The notes under the pieces are model-generated. The model was not told the DNA's origin and ran no database searches. It saw only the letters and a list, made by a program, of their open reading frames with translations. 64,000 nt of DNA from Nitrosarchaeum sp. (GTDB taxonomy: Archaea > Thermoproteota > Nitrososphaeria > Nitrososphaerales > Nitrosopumilaceae). This document shows positions 41,623 to 50,223 of the stretch, piece after piece; position 1 is the stretch's first letter, and the number at the start of each line of letters is the position of its first letter. The stretch lies in the NCBI GenBank assembly GCA_965223865.1, contig OZ245020.1, forward strand, positions 224,001 to 288,000, in the 5' to 3' direction. Made by a program: the position numbers and the translations under genes.

Positions 41623-42626
41623 GGACATCTGCTGTATTATCATCATCATTGTTGATGGTCATTATGCTTATTATGATTACACCGATTATTTCAACAGACA
41701 TTAAAAGCGCTTATGGTAGTATAACGGCTAGTAAAAATTTTTGTGGGCAATTTTCAACCCATCCTGAGTGTACAGGATGGAGAAAGATTCCTGTTATGGA
41801 TAATTTTTGGTTTTGTGAATATATAGATCTGCCATCAGTATGTAAAAATCCACCAAACCCTCAAAAAGAAATATCCCCATTAGAAGCAGACTATTGTTGC
41901 CGAATTTACGAAGATAATGATGAGACATTAAATGACCTATCTTCGCTTTATTATGATCTTGTTTTTGAGGATACAAGCAAAAAAGGAAGAGAGTTACCAG
42001 AAGCATATCCAATTAATGAGTTAGTAGTATGGACTGAAAAGGATCATTACAAGTTTAGAGATAGGGTTAATGTATATGGCAAATTTGATTTTGGAGATCC
42101 TGTTATTCAGAAAGCAAACAGGTCAGTAGATATTTTATTTAATGGAAACAAAGTAGTACCAAACTTAACTGTAGAACCAAATGGATGGTTTTCAGGATAT
42201 TTTTATATATCTGATCCTCGCTTTTATTACACCGGGATAAGTAGAATTGATGTTACATATTTTCATTCACCAACAGTGTATGATCAAGATATACGTGCAG
42301 TAGCTTCATACAAATTTACCACAGGTGGAATTCAGGAACCAAAAGATCCATTCTCAATTAAAATCAGTTTAGATAGTGAATCTGGTTTAAAAAAAAGAAT
42401 ATCCTATGAGATAGATTCTAAAAGTGCATTATCACTGCACCAAAAAACTAACAGTGTAACAAGGTTAATTAATCCTGACGGAATTGTTTTTGCGATGCCT
42501 TATATTTCAATGGATAATTTAGAACACTACATAGATGAAATTTCTAATTTTCAGACTGGAACTTACACTATTACAATGACATTAGGTGACTTTAACATTA
42601 GTAAAAGCTTTGAGAAGAAAAATTAA
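41619..42626 (+). CDS. Secreted protein with Cys-rich N-terminus and Ig-like domains
   Basis: Signal peptide, 6 Cys, VWTEKDHYKFRDRVNVYG; overlaps the upstream stop. Confidence 0.7.
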   Translation: MRTSAVLSSSLLMVIMLIMITPIISTDIKSAYGSITASKNFCGQFSTHPECTGWRKIPVMDNFWFCEYIDLPSVCKNPPNPQKEISPLEADYCCRIYEDNDETLNDLSSLYYDLVFEDTSKKGRELPEAYPINELVVWTEKDHYKFRDRVNVYGKFDFGDPVIQKANRSVDILFNGNKVVPNLTVEPNGWFSGYFYISDPRFYYTGISRIDVTYFHSPTVYDQDIRAVASYKFTTGGIQEPKDPFSIKISLDSESGLKKRISYEIDSKSALSLHQKTNSVTRLINPDGIVFAMPYISMDNLEHYIDEISNFQTGTYTITMTLGDFNISKSFEKKN

Positions 42627-42707
42627 AAATAGATAAACGATTATCACTTGTAAATATTTTCCAACATTTGTAAAGAACGTTATCATCAAAAAAGCTGAGG
42701 TAGAACA

Positions 42708-42980
42708 CTAGTTTTTTAGCACCTCTACTATTACCTCGTACGTAATTTCATCATCTGTGATGTGATGTTTTGCAATAGAATTTTCCTTAAATTTTTTATT
42801 TGTATGAACAATTCTGTATTTTAAACCGTTTAAAAGAATTGTTTGGTTTTCAAGTTTGTCAGGTAATACGTTATTTGTTTTGTCTTTGATTATTTGTATC
42901 TCATTTAGGGATCTAATCTTTGCCAGAGGTTTTCTTTTTGGGTTTTTGTCCCAAAAATCATAAAATATAATTCTAGACAT
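42708..42980 (-). CDS. Hypothetical protein
   Basis: 90-aa ATG ORF. Confidence 0.5.
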   Translation of the reverse strand: MSRIIFYDFWDKNPKRKPLAKIRSLNEIQIIKDKTNNVLPDKLENQTILLNGLKYRIVHTNKKFKENSIAKHHITDDEITYEVIVEVLKN

Positions 42981-43582
42981 GGATTTCTTAATTTATTATT
43001 TGGTTTATATGATTTCAAGTTTATTGTGCTATTTAAATAATCAATTGCTTTTTCATCTGTTTATTTTTTAGTTTTCCTGAGTGTATGTTTCTTCATTTTA
43101 TTTTTGTTAAATCTTAATTGGTTGATCAATTTTTTCTACATGTTATGCTGATGCCGGTCTCTGTTCTCTTCTTTTTCATCAAAATAGTCCATTATCTGCC
43201 ATGATCATAACCTGTACCCTATGCAAAAAGCACTACCACTAGACGTTTGCAGGTTATGGATGATGATTCTTGGCATCATAGAAAGTAATGCTAGCAGGTC
43301 AAGGAAATAAGAATTGACGAAAAAGATTGGAATTAGACTAGACAACCAATTGTTGTTATTTCATGAAATTAGTTTTAATTTACTTGTCTGATTTGATAAT
43401 TATAGTATATAAATGGACTATTTTTTGAAAATAACGGCGATGACTTGTTCATTAAATTCAACTTGGCTTGCTAAGCCATAATTTAAACAGTTTTTTTAAA
43501 ATGATAATTTCCAGTTACAATAAAGATCATTTGAGAGGGCTTCATAAAATATCTTAAATTCTACTGTTTCCAATCAGTTTCT

Positions 43583-44902
43583 GTGAGAAAGGAGATCTTT
43601 TCTGTTTTGGTTATTACGATTTTACTTTCATCTGCAATCACTCCGTTGAATATTTTGCCTGATGCCGAGGCCTTAAAATCTCAGGGCGTGGCAAGTGGCA
43701 ACTATGGTTCAGCCACAAGAGACAAGGTTTGTGGGGATAGATTATGTTCTGAAATTGAGAAGGAAGAAAAAGAATCCAAATCTGAAAAAACATCCAAAGG
43801 AACCAATAAGGATAAAGAAAAGAAAAAGAAAATTCCGCAAGAACCACAACCACAAGTTGGCCAAGTATGCACATTAGAGCACATGCCAGTATGCGGTGTT
43901 GACAACAAGACCTATGGGAATATGTGCATGCTAGAGGTTTCAGGTACAGAACTTGCATATGAGGGAGAATGCAAAAAAACAATTTCTTCTCCAATCTCTG
44001 AAGAAGTTTTACAATATACGAAAGAACCACCAATTATTGACACTCAAAAAGGATATTTTGTTACAGAGATTGCAGATGGTCTTTATTGGTTGATGGATGG
44101 AACCTACCAGACAATGTTTATGACTACGGGACAAGGAGTCATTGCAGTTGATGCCCCACAATCATTAGGTAAAAAATATCTTCAAGCAATTTCAGATGTT
44201 ACTGATGAACCTGTCACCCATGTGATATACAGTCATCCTCACACAGATCATATCGGTGCAGCTGGAATGATATTTCCTGAAGATGCCACAGTAATTGCAC
44301 AAAAACAGGCAGCAGGCCATTTAGTGATGAAAAACGATCCAAATAGACCTGCTCCAACCATATCCTTTGATGAACAGTACACACTGAAAGTTGGAAACCA
44401 GACCCTTGAGCTATACCATATAGGCAACTTTCACTCCAAGGGAGATATCATAATTTATGCACCAGAACAAAAGATTGCAATGATTGTAGACTTTTTCCAT
44501 CCCGAAGCAGCACCATTCAAAAACTTTGGGATAACTCAAGACATGGGAGTACATCTTGCAACACATGATGTTCTGTTAGAGATGTTTGATGATGACGTGT
44601 TGTTTGTTTCAGGGCATGAGTCAATACTTGGAACAAAACAACACATTCAAGAGTACAAGCAGTTTACAAATGACGTTCTAAACAATGCGTATGCGGCATT
44701 TGGCAAGGTCAACTTTGATGAGATTGTAGAGAAATATGGTTCTAACGGAAGCAGTTATGTTGTATTTAATGGGTATATGGATGCACTCTCAAATTCCTGT
44801 GTGAGTGATACGGTTGAGCAGTGGAGCGGAAAGATAGATGGCTTGGAGGTCTTTTTAGAAGACAATTGTATGACCATGGTAATTTATGCAATGGTTGACT
44901 AG
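43583..44902 (+). CDS. Secreted metallo-beta-lactamase-fold protein with Kazal-type domain
   Basis: Signal peptide, VCGDRLC motif, Kazal CTLEHMPVCGVDNKTYGNMC...EGEC, and MBL SHPHTDH...H...GH. Confidence 0.85.
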   Translation: MRKEIFSVLVITILLSSAITPLNILPDAEALKSQGVASGNYGSATRDKVCGDRLCSEIEKEEKESKSEKTSKGTNKDKEKKKKIPQEPQPQVGQVCTLEHMPVCGVDNKTYGNMCMLEVSGTELAYEGECKKTISSPISEEVLQYTKEPPIIDTQKGYFVTEIADGLYWLMDGTYQTMFMTTGQGVIAVDAPQSLGKKYLQAISDVTDEPVTHVIYSHPHTDHIGAAGMIFPEDATVIAQKQAAGHLVMKNDPNRPAPTISFDEQYTLKVGNQTLELYHIGNFHSKGDIIIYAPEQKIAMIVDFFHPEAAPFKNFGITQDMGVHLATHDVLLEMFDDDVLFVSGHESILGTKQHIQEYKQFTNDVLNNAYAAFGKVNFDEIVEKYGSNGSSYVVFNGYMDALSNSCVSDTVEQWSGKIDGLEVFLEDNCMTMVIYAMVD

Positions 44903-44904
44903 AC

Positions 44905-44961
44905 AATAGTTCACATTAGATAGAATAAAATAGTTCACATTAGATAGAATAAAACAGTTCA
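44905..44961. repeat. 24-bp tandem repeat (2 copies plus a partial)
   Basis: AATAGTTCACATTAGATAGAATAA at 44905 and 44929. Confidence 0.85.
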
Positions 44962-45079
44962 ATTCAGATATTCTTAACAAATACTTGGTAGTGGTCTAAT
45001 TTGTTAGAAACACTAGAAAAGAGATTTACTTTTTTGATCTGGATAAAATCTTTTAAATTGAGAACCATGCCTCTTAGCA

Positions 45080-46411
45080 ATGAATAGAACTCTAAAATAC
45101 TTGGCAATACTGGCTTTAGTACCACTGTTTACTGCAGGTATGACTTCAAACTACTTTACTGAGGCAGATGCTACCACCAAAAGTCAAGGCTCCAATGCGC
45201 CTGGGCGGGTGGGAGCTAATTCATACGGTTCTGCAAATAACGGAATAGTCTGCGGAGATGTTCTGTGTAAAGACTATCCTGGTGGCAGGGCAGGTTGGGA
45301 AGAAGATCAAAAGGCTCAATCTAGTACCGTAACACCACGACCTGTTCCACAAGAACGTGAGGTACCTGTAACACAAGAAACTGAAGAAGAAAAAACAGTT
45401 GCAAGTACAACAACAGTACGAGATACTTCAGAATCTAAGGATATGGGCTCAGTGCTCAAGATGTCAAGAGCAAACATTCCTGCCGAAATTCCTATGCACA
45501 TGGGATACTACAATGGTGGTGAGGTTTACTATATCATCACCGATTCCAGTGATCCAACACACGCAGATCTAATCACTGAAAATCAGGGTTGGAAAGTAGA
45601 GTTAGCTCCCCTGTTAGCAAATGCTCCGGCAGAGGCGCTATCAAAAACATACATGTTTACAAACGGCATTGAAGGCGACGGAGTACATGGATTCCAAGGA
45701 GAGGTGTTTACTAGCACACCTGCACAACCAGAAATCTACAGTGCATTGACTTCTCATGTTCACGTCACATGGAATGAGGGCAAACAACCAAGATTACTTG
45801 ATTCTGAAGAGATGGTAATGGCAGCTGCAGACAATGGCAATGTCACACTTACTGATCTTAAAGTAGTTTTGAACATGCCACAAATTGTTTGGCCAGAAGG
45901 TCAGATGATTGTAAAAGAAGACAAGACATTAACTGACGAAACACCCTATGGAGGAGGACAAGTACTTGATATCAATACGGAAGAAAAGACGGTAACTTTC
46001 ATTGCACATAGAGGCTGGGGTCCAGACGGTAGAACCATCTACTATATCGTAACTGATGCAACACCAAGCGGTCCAGCTGGAATGATGGGAGTAGTGGACG
46101 CGCCAACATCTGCCAGTCTGATTGCAAATTCAGCAGCGGTTGATCTGTTTCAGTTCAAAGATGGCCTTGCAGGCACGGGTCCTTTGGGATTTCAACCAGG
46201 CATTGCAGCTGGAGCACCAGGTGATGAAAACTATAGTCCAATGTGGAGAATCTTCATGATAGGATGGGCTGATCCTGCAAATGCTCAACTGCTTGAAACC
46301 ATAGATGACATCAATGCATACAAAGAAGCTGGTCTAATAGACATAGGTATTGCAAGGCCAATGGATAGCGATCATATCGTAAACTGTCCATTCATCGATC
46401 CGTTCCAATAA
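45080..46411 (+). CDS. Secreted protein with an internally duplicated domain (YYIxTD...YSxxW...NxP; DUF7482-like)
   Basis: Signal peptide, VCGDVLC motif and two homologous halves; T-rich terminator follows. Confidence 0.7.
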   Translation: MNRTLKYLAILALVPLFTAGMTSNYFTEADATTKSQGSNAPGRVGANSYGSANNGIVCGDVLCKDYPGGRAGWEEDQKAQSSTVTPRPVPQEREVPVTQETEEEKTVASTTTVRDTSESKDMGSVLKMSRANIPAEIPMHMGYYNGGEVYYIITDSSDPTHADLITENQGWKVELAPLLANAPAEALSKTYMFTNGIEGDGVHGFQGEVFTSTPAQPEIYSALTSHVHVTWNEGKQPRLLDSEEMVMAAADNGNVTLTDLKVVLNMPQIVWPEGQMIVKEDKTLTDETPYGGGQVLDINTEEKTVTFIAHRGWGPDGRTIYYIVTDATPSGPAGMMGVVDAPTSASLIANSAAVDLFQFKDGLAGTGPLGFQPGIAAGAPGDENYSPMWRIFMIGWADPANAQLLETIDDINAYKEAGLIDIGIARPMDSDHIVNCPFIDPFQ

Positions 46412-46653
46412 GCAGGAACACAAATCATTTTTTTATTTTTTAGGTTTTTTAAATTAACTACGTGTATGCGTGTTATGACTTCACAACACATACACGAATG
46501 AACAATTGTCTAGACAACATTAGAAGCAATCTAGCAAGATGCATGACAGACTATACAATTTAAGTAAATCTCCAAAATCAATCTCAATAATGTTCAGAAA
46601 GAAATAGAAGAAGAACTAGAAATATTCAACACATGATATTTTCCTAAAACCTG

Positions 46654-47298
46654 TCAATATTCAGTTGAATACATTGACTTGCCTGCACTTGCTGGAACAG
46701 AAGGGAACTTGTCACCTATCTGTGTCTCTGCAACCGCCGCCGCCTCACTTAATATAGCATCAGTCTCCTGTGATGACATTCCAGAATCCCCAAAGGAGTA
46801 ATCATCACCTAGTGTACCAGGCATCATGTCTCCAAGCATGTTTCCCATAGATTCTAGCTCTTGGCTTGCCTGAGGCATTATGCTGTTCATTGCAGGAACG
46901 ACTGCCTTCATCGTGTGTACTGCCGGTTGCATAGACACAATCGCATCTCCTATAGTGCTTACAGTAGATAGTCTTAACTGTGTCCTGTCTACTGCAGTTC
47001 TCATGTTTCCTACCATCTTGTTTGTCTTTCTTATTTGTGCCAGCTCGTTTGCCAGGATTTTGCTGGTACGCATATCCTTGTTTTTTTGAGCTTCTACAAT
47101 TCTATGAAATAATTTGTCATCCTTTTGATTTAACTGACTAGAAGTACTGTCTAATTTTGATATTGGTCTGTTCAGACCTCTTATTGCATGCTCCACACGT
47201 GGTTTGAGTGGTGCCTCTTTTTTGAACATGCCTGAAATCTTATCTCCAAGTCCTTCTGTGGGAGGTCTATTCCATGCTTGTCCAAAATTGGCCATCAT
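46654..47298 (-). CDS. ESCRT-III / Snf7 family protein (CdvB-like)
   Basis: PLKPRV, KDDKLFHRIVEA, LANELAQIRK, QLRLSTV...GD, MP.A..EL and AILSEA motifs. Confidence 0.88.
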   Translation of the reverse strand: MMANFGQAWNRPPTEGLGDKISGMFKKEAPLKPRVEHAIRGLNRPISKLDSTSSQLNQKDDKLFHRIVEAQKNKDMRTSKILANELAQIRKTNKMVGNMRTAVDRTQLRLSTVSTIGDAIVSMQPAVHTMKAVVPAMNSIMPQASQELESMGNMLGDMMPGTLGDDYSFGDSGMSSQETDAILSEAAAVAETQIGDKFPSVPASAGKSMYSTEY

Positions 47299-47389
47299 AA
47301 TATGATATGGAAAATTCTGATTTAGCAAACCAAGTTGAATTTAATGGACAAGTTTGATCGTTTTTCTAACTAAATTCTATCTGGTTTGC

Positions 47390-48058
47390 TCAGTCATATA
47401 CTGCCGTAGTTTTGGCATTGTTGTCTGATTCTGTATTTACTTCAGAGGGCACATCTGGAAGTCTCTCTTCTAGGTCTTTTCCTAGCATGGCATTTGCCTC
47501 TTGCAGTATGGAATCCATCTCTACTCCTGACAATGCATTTACATCAAACTGATCTGTGTTGCTTTCACCTAACGTACCAGTCATCATCTCACCTAACATT
47601 TCACTCATTTGATTTAGTTCTCCGTCTGACTCAGGCATAATTCTATCAAGGGATGGTTTTAGTGAACTTACAATGGATGCCGCAGGTTCCATAGCTATCA
47701 TTGCCTCACCAAAGTCTTCCACGGTTGTCAGTCTTAGCTTGATCTTCTCCAGTGCAAGCCTTGCGTTTTCTATCATCTTTTCTTGCTTGCGCATCTCTGC
47801 AAGTTCGGTGGCAAGGATTGATGCCTTTTGCATCTCATTATTTTTTTGTGCATCTATAATCTTCTCAAATACTGACTGGTTTTGCTGTTGCATCTTTTGG
47901 TACATGGAATCTAGTTTGGTCAAAGGTATATTTAGCTGCTTTATTGCCTCTATGATTCTTGGCTTTAGTGGGGCTTCCTTGCGCATCAGATGACGCAGTT
48001 TTTGGCTTGTAGAGTGTGATGAGGAACGTTGCCAGTTCTTTTCAAAAAAATGCCCCAT
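47390..48058 (-). CDS. ESCRT-III / Snf7 family protein (CdvB-like), tandem paralogue
   Basis: PLKPRI, FEKIIDA, LATELAEMRK, KLRLTTVEDFGE and SILQEA motifs. Confidence 0.88.
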   Translation of the reverse strand: MGHFFEKNWQRSSSHSTSQKLRHLMRKEAPLKPRIIEAIKQLNIPLTKLDSMYQKMQQQNQSVFEKIIDAQKNNEMQKASILATELAEMRKQEKMIENARLALEKIKLRLTTVEDFGEAMIAMEPAASIVSSLKPSLDRIMPESDGELNQMSEMLGEMMTGTLGESNTDQFDVNALSGVEMDSILQEANAMLGKDLEERLPDVPSEVNTESDNNAKTTAVYD

Positions 48059-48347
48059 GTCATGCGTCAGAGATTATCTTTTAAGTCACGCAAGTAAACC
48101 AAATTTGATTTAGTTGATCGTTATGTTGATTTTCAGTATCCAGAAATTTAGTATTCTCGTAATCGTCAATTTTATATCCTCATATGTCCCTCATGGTGTG
48201 AGTTTCAATACATGCATGCAACAAGTACTATCCTACTATCTTCTTAGCCACATTCTATTTTGACCAGGTGTTCTTTTCGATCCTGTTGTCTTTTGTGACT
48301 TTTTCTTATTTAATTGTAGATAATTTTCATTATGTATTGATTTATTC

Positions 48348-48618
48348 ATGGATTCAATTGGGAATCATGGGATTTAGAACCCATAATTCATAGAAAACCA
48401 AAATCTAGAACTACGTCAAAAACAAAAACTGTATCAAAATCAGCTTCGCCTACAAAAAAGTGATTAAAACAAGGAAAAAATCAACTGCTTCAAAAACAAA
48501 AAATCCAGCTGCTACCAGAAAAAAATCAACAACTAGCGACAAAAGACGTGCTACTTCAAAAACAAAACCAAAGACAACAAGCAGAAAAACCAATTCTAAG
48601 AACACAAGACGAAGATAG
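48348..48618 (+). pseudogene. Degraded Lys/Ser/Thr/Arg-rich basic protein
   Basis: Frames ...RKPKSRTTSKTKTVSKSASPTKK* and ...KTRKKSTASKTKNPAATRKKSTT...RRR* join across an A-run frameshift. Confidence 0.45.
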
Positions 48619-48849
48619 ATTCTGGTTAAATCTATTTTTTCTATATGTGTCTGAAACTCATTCAGATCAATATTACTCAGTTAATACTTGAATAAGATTG
48701 GACAGTGGCATGTCAAAAGCAAACAAATCCACAACGTTAGTTGTCAAAACCACTGCCCTAGGCATCTATTATGTCATTTAAAGATCGATCTGAATTTCAG
48801 GTATAGGTCATGCTTAGATTCATAACATGCTGATTTTGCTTTCTGTCAT

Positions 48850-49068
48850 ATGGTCTGTAAGGGAACCTGCACTAGGTACAAGGCAGAAAAACCTGGCCAA
48901 TTTGGCAGTAGGTATGAACACGGGCAGAAACGATGCTCAATATGCGATGTCTTTGTGAATTGGGATGGAAAAAAGTGCCCATGTTGTGGAATGACCTTGA
49001 GAACAAGACCAAAAGGGACCCAAACAAGGGCATATCTTGCAGAGATAAGAAATGTCAAGAGAATCTAA
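48850..49068 (+). CDS. Cys-rich zinc-finger protein
   Basis: CKGTC...RY..GQKRCSIC...CPCCG..LRTRP, a pattern I recognise from thaumarchaeal small proteins. Confidence 0.75.
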   Translation: MVCKGTCTRYKAEKPGQFGSRYEHGQKRCSICDVFVNWDGKKCPCCGMTLRTRPKGTQTRAYLAEIRNVKRI

Positions 49069-49120
49069 TGTAATGCTTAAATGCAAATTTTGCAAATCAA
49101 ATCACTAAAATGAAGTTTGG

Positions 49121-49400
49121 TTGTTAACCAGTCGATTGGTCAAGGTGGAATTGACGCCATTGATGTATTTGATCTTTGTATTTACCATGTTCTTTAGTTG
49201 CTCATGTGGAATGCTTGTACCAAAACATCATAGATTCCTAGAACATGTATTACAACTGAAATATACGGTTGCTTTTGAGCTCTTTTATTACACCATTTCT
49301 TTTTGTCTCATTACATGTTAACAAAACAAACAATATGTTATCATTTTTTTGACTTTGATGAGCCTGTACTATGTTTCTAAACAGTTAAGAGATTTTCTAC
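49121..49400 (-). pseudogene. Frameshifted duplicate of the Lrp/AsnC gene at 29781-30026 plus its upstream region
   Basis: Colinear similarity from GGTCAAGGTGGAATTGAC to GTTAAGAGATTTTCTA, with 4-bp and 1-bp deletions. Confidence 0.8.
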
Positions 49401-49532
49401 ATACTATCATTGGATTACTTATATGCTGTACAACATAAATTGTGATAAAATTACTTTTTGCATTTTTCGTTTGAAATTAATAGATACTTAAAACCTATGA
49501 ATTATTAATTATGGCATAAGACTTGACGATTT

Positions 49533-49718
49533 GTGAATGAATCTATTATCAGAGATTTGGAAGAAAAAGACCTTGAAAATGGCTTTCTTGAATCCTTAAA
49601 ATCATTGACAACGGTCGGAGACATTGACCCTTCTGATGCAATACAGAGATTCAGGGAAATCAGTTCAGACTCAAACTATGTAATCAAAGTAGCCGAAGTT
49701 GACGGAAAAATTGTAGGT
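49533..49718 (+). pseudogene. Truncated GNAT (glucosamine-6-phosphate N-acetyltransferase-like), N-terminal half
   Basis: IIRDLEEKDLENGFLESL...VAEVDGKIVG, then abruptly reads antisense integrase sequence. Confidence 0.75.
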
Positions 49719-50081
49719 GCCCTGTCACTGCCAGTCTTTTTTGCATGTGGGATTATCTTGGATATCTTTGACCAGTTTATTCCATCTTCAACGTCATTCA
49801 TCTCAAAAAAGTGCTTTAGTGCAGCTCTTGTCTGCTGTAGGGTAGAACCGCTAACCTTGGACTTGCGCTCCTCAATGTAATCTATAATCATGTGCTGAAC
49901 AGCCTCTTGGGATTCTTTTTTGCCTTTTGAAGTAACTTGTCAGCTGTCATGTCATTGTGAAATTCCAAGAACTGCACAAGCTTTTTACAGTACGACTCTT
50001 TTGTGATTCTGAATGAAATCCCTTTAGGAAGTTCCTGACTGACTTGCTGTTGATGTTTTCTTGGATCTCTTGTGGAATCAT
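49712..50081 (-). pseudogene. Tyrosine integrase N-terminal fragment (2 frameshifts, catalytic domain deleted)
   Basis: ...TKESYCKKLVQFLEF...IIDYIEE...LKHFFEMNDV..INWSKISKIIP...DRAPT; lies directly downstream of the tRNA 3' end. Confidence 0.75.
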
Positions 50082-50138
50082 TTTAGAACAATATTTCTCC
50101 ACATGTCAAAATATTAAGTATTTCCACTCTATATGTAG

Positions 50139-50223
50139 TGCGGGAGGTGGGATTTGAACCCACGAACTCCTAGAAGATAAGGATCTGAACCTTACGCCGT
50201 TGACCAGGCTGGGCGACTCCCGC
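50139..50223 (-). tRNA. tRNA-Leu(CAG)
   Basis: GCGGGAG acceptor stem, anticodon arm TAAGG-TTCAGAT-CCTTA, long variable arm and GTTCAAATC T-loop. Confidence 0.93.

Larger units (their letters stand above)
18485..50155. mobile_element. tRNA-Leu(CAG)-targeted integrated genomic island, decaying and composite
   Basis: Flanking direct att repeats, integrase pseudogene beside the tRNA, TA module, many pseudogenes and duplicated segments, and core genes on both sides. Confidence 0.8.

Noticed and set aside
44905-44961. 24-bp direct repeats as a CRISPR mini-array
   Set aside because: The copies are directly adjacent with no spacers and there are no cas genes; this is a simple tandem duplication.
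49533-49891. ORF-track 115-aa and 71-aa proteins as intact genes
   Set aside because: Both are chimeras reading across the GNAT/integrase deletion junction.
18485-50155. Island as an intact provirus or conjugative element
   Set aside because: I recognise no capsid, packaging ATPase, replication initiator/primase, relaxase or VirB4 gene, and the integrase is destroyed.
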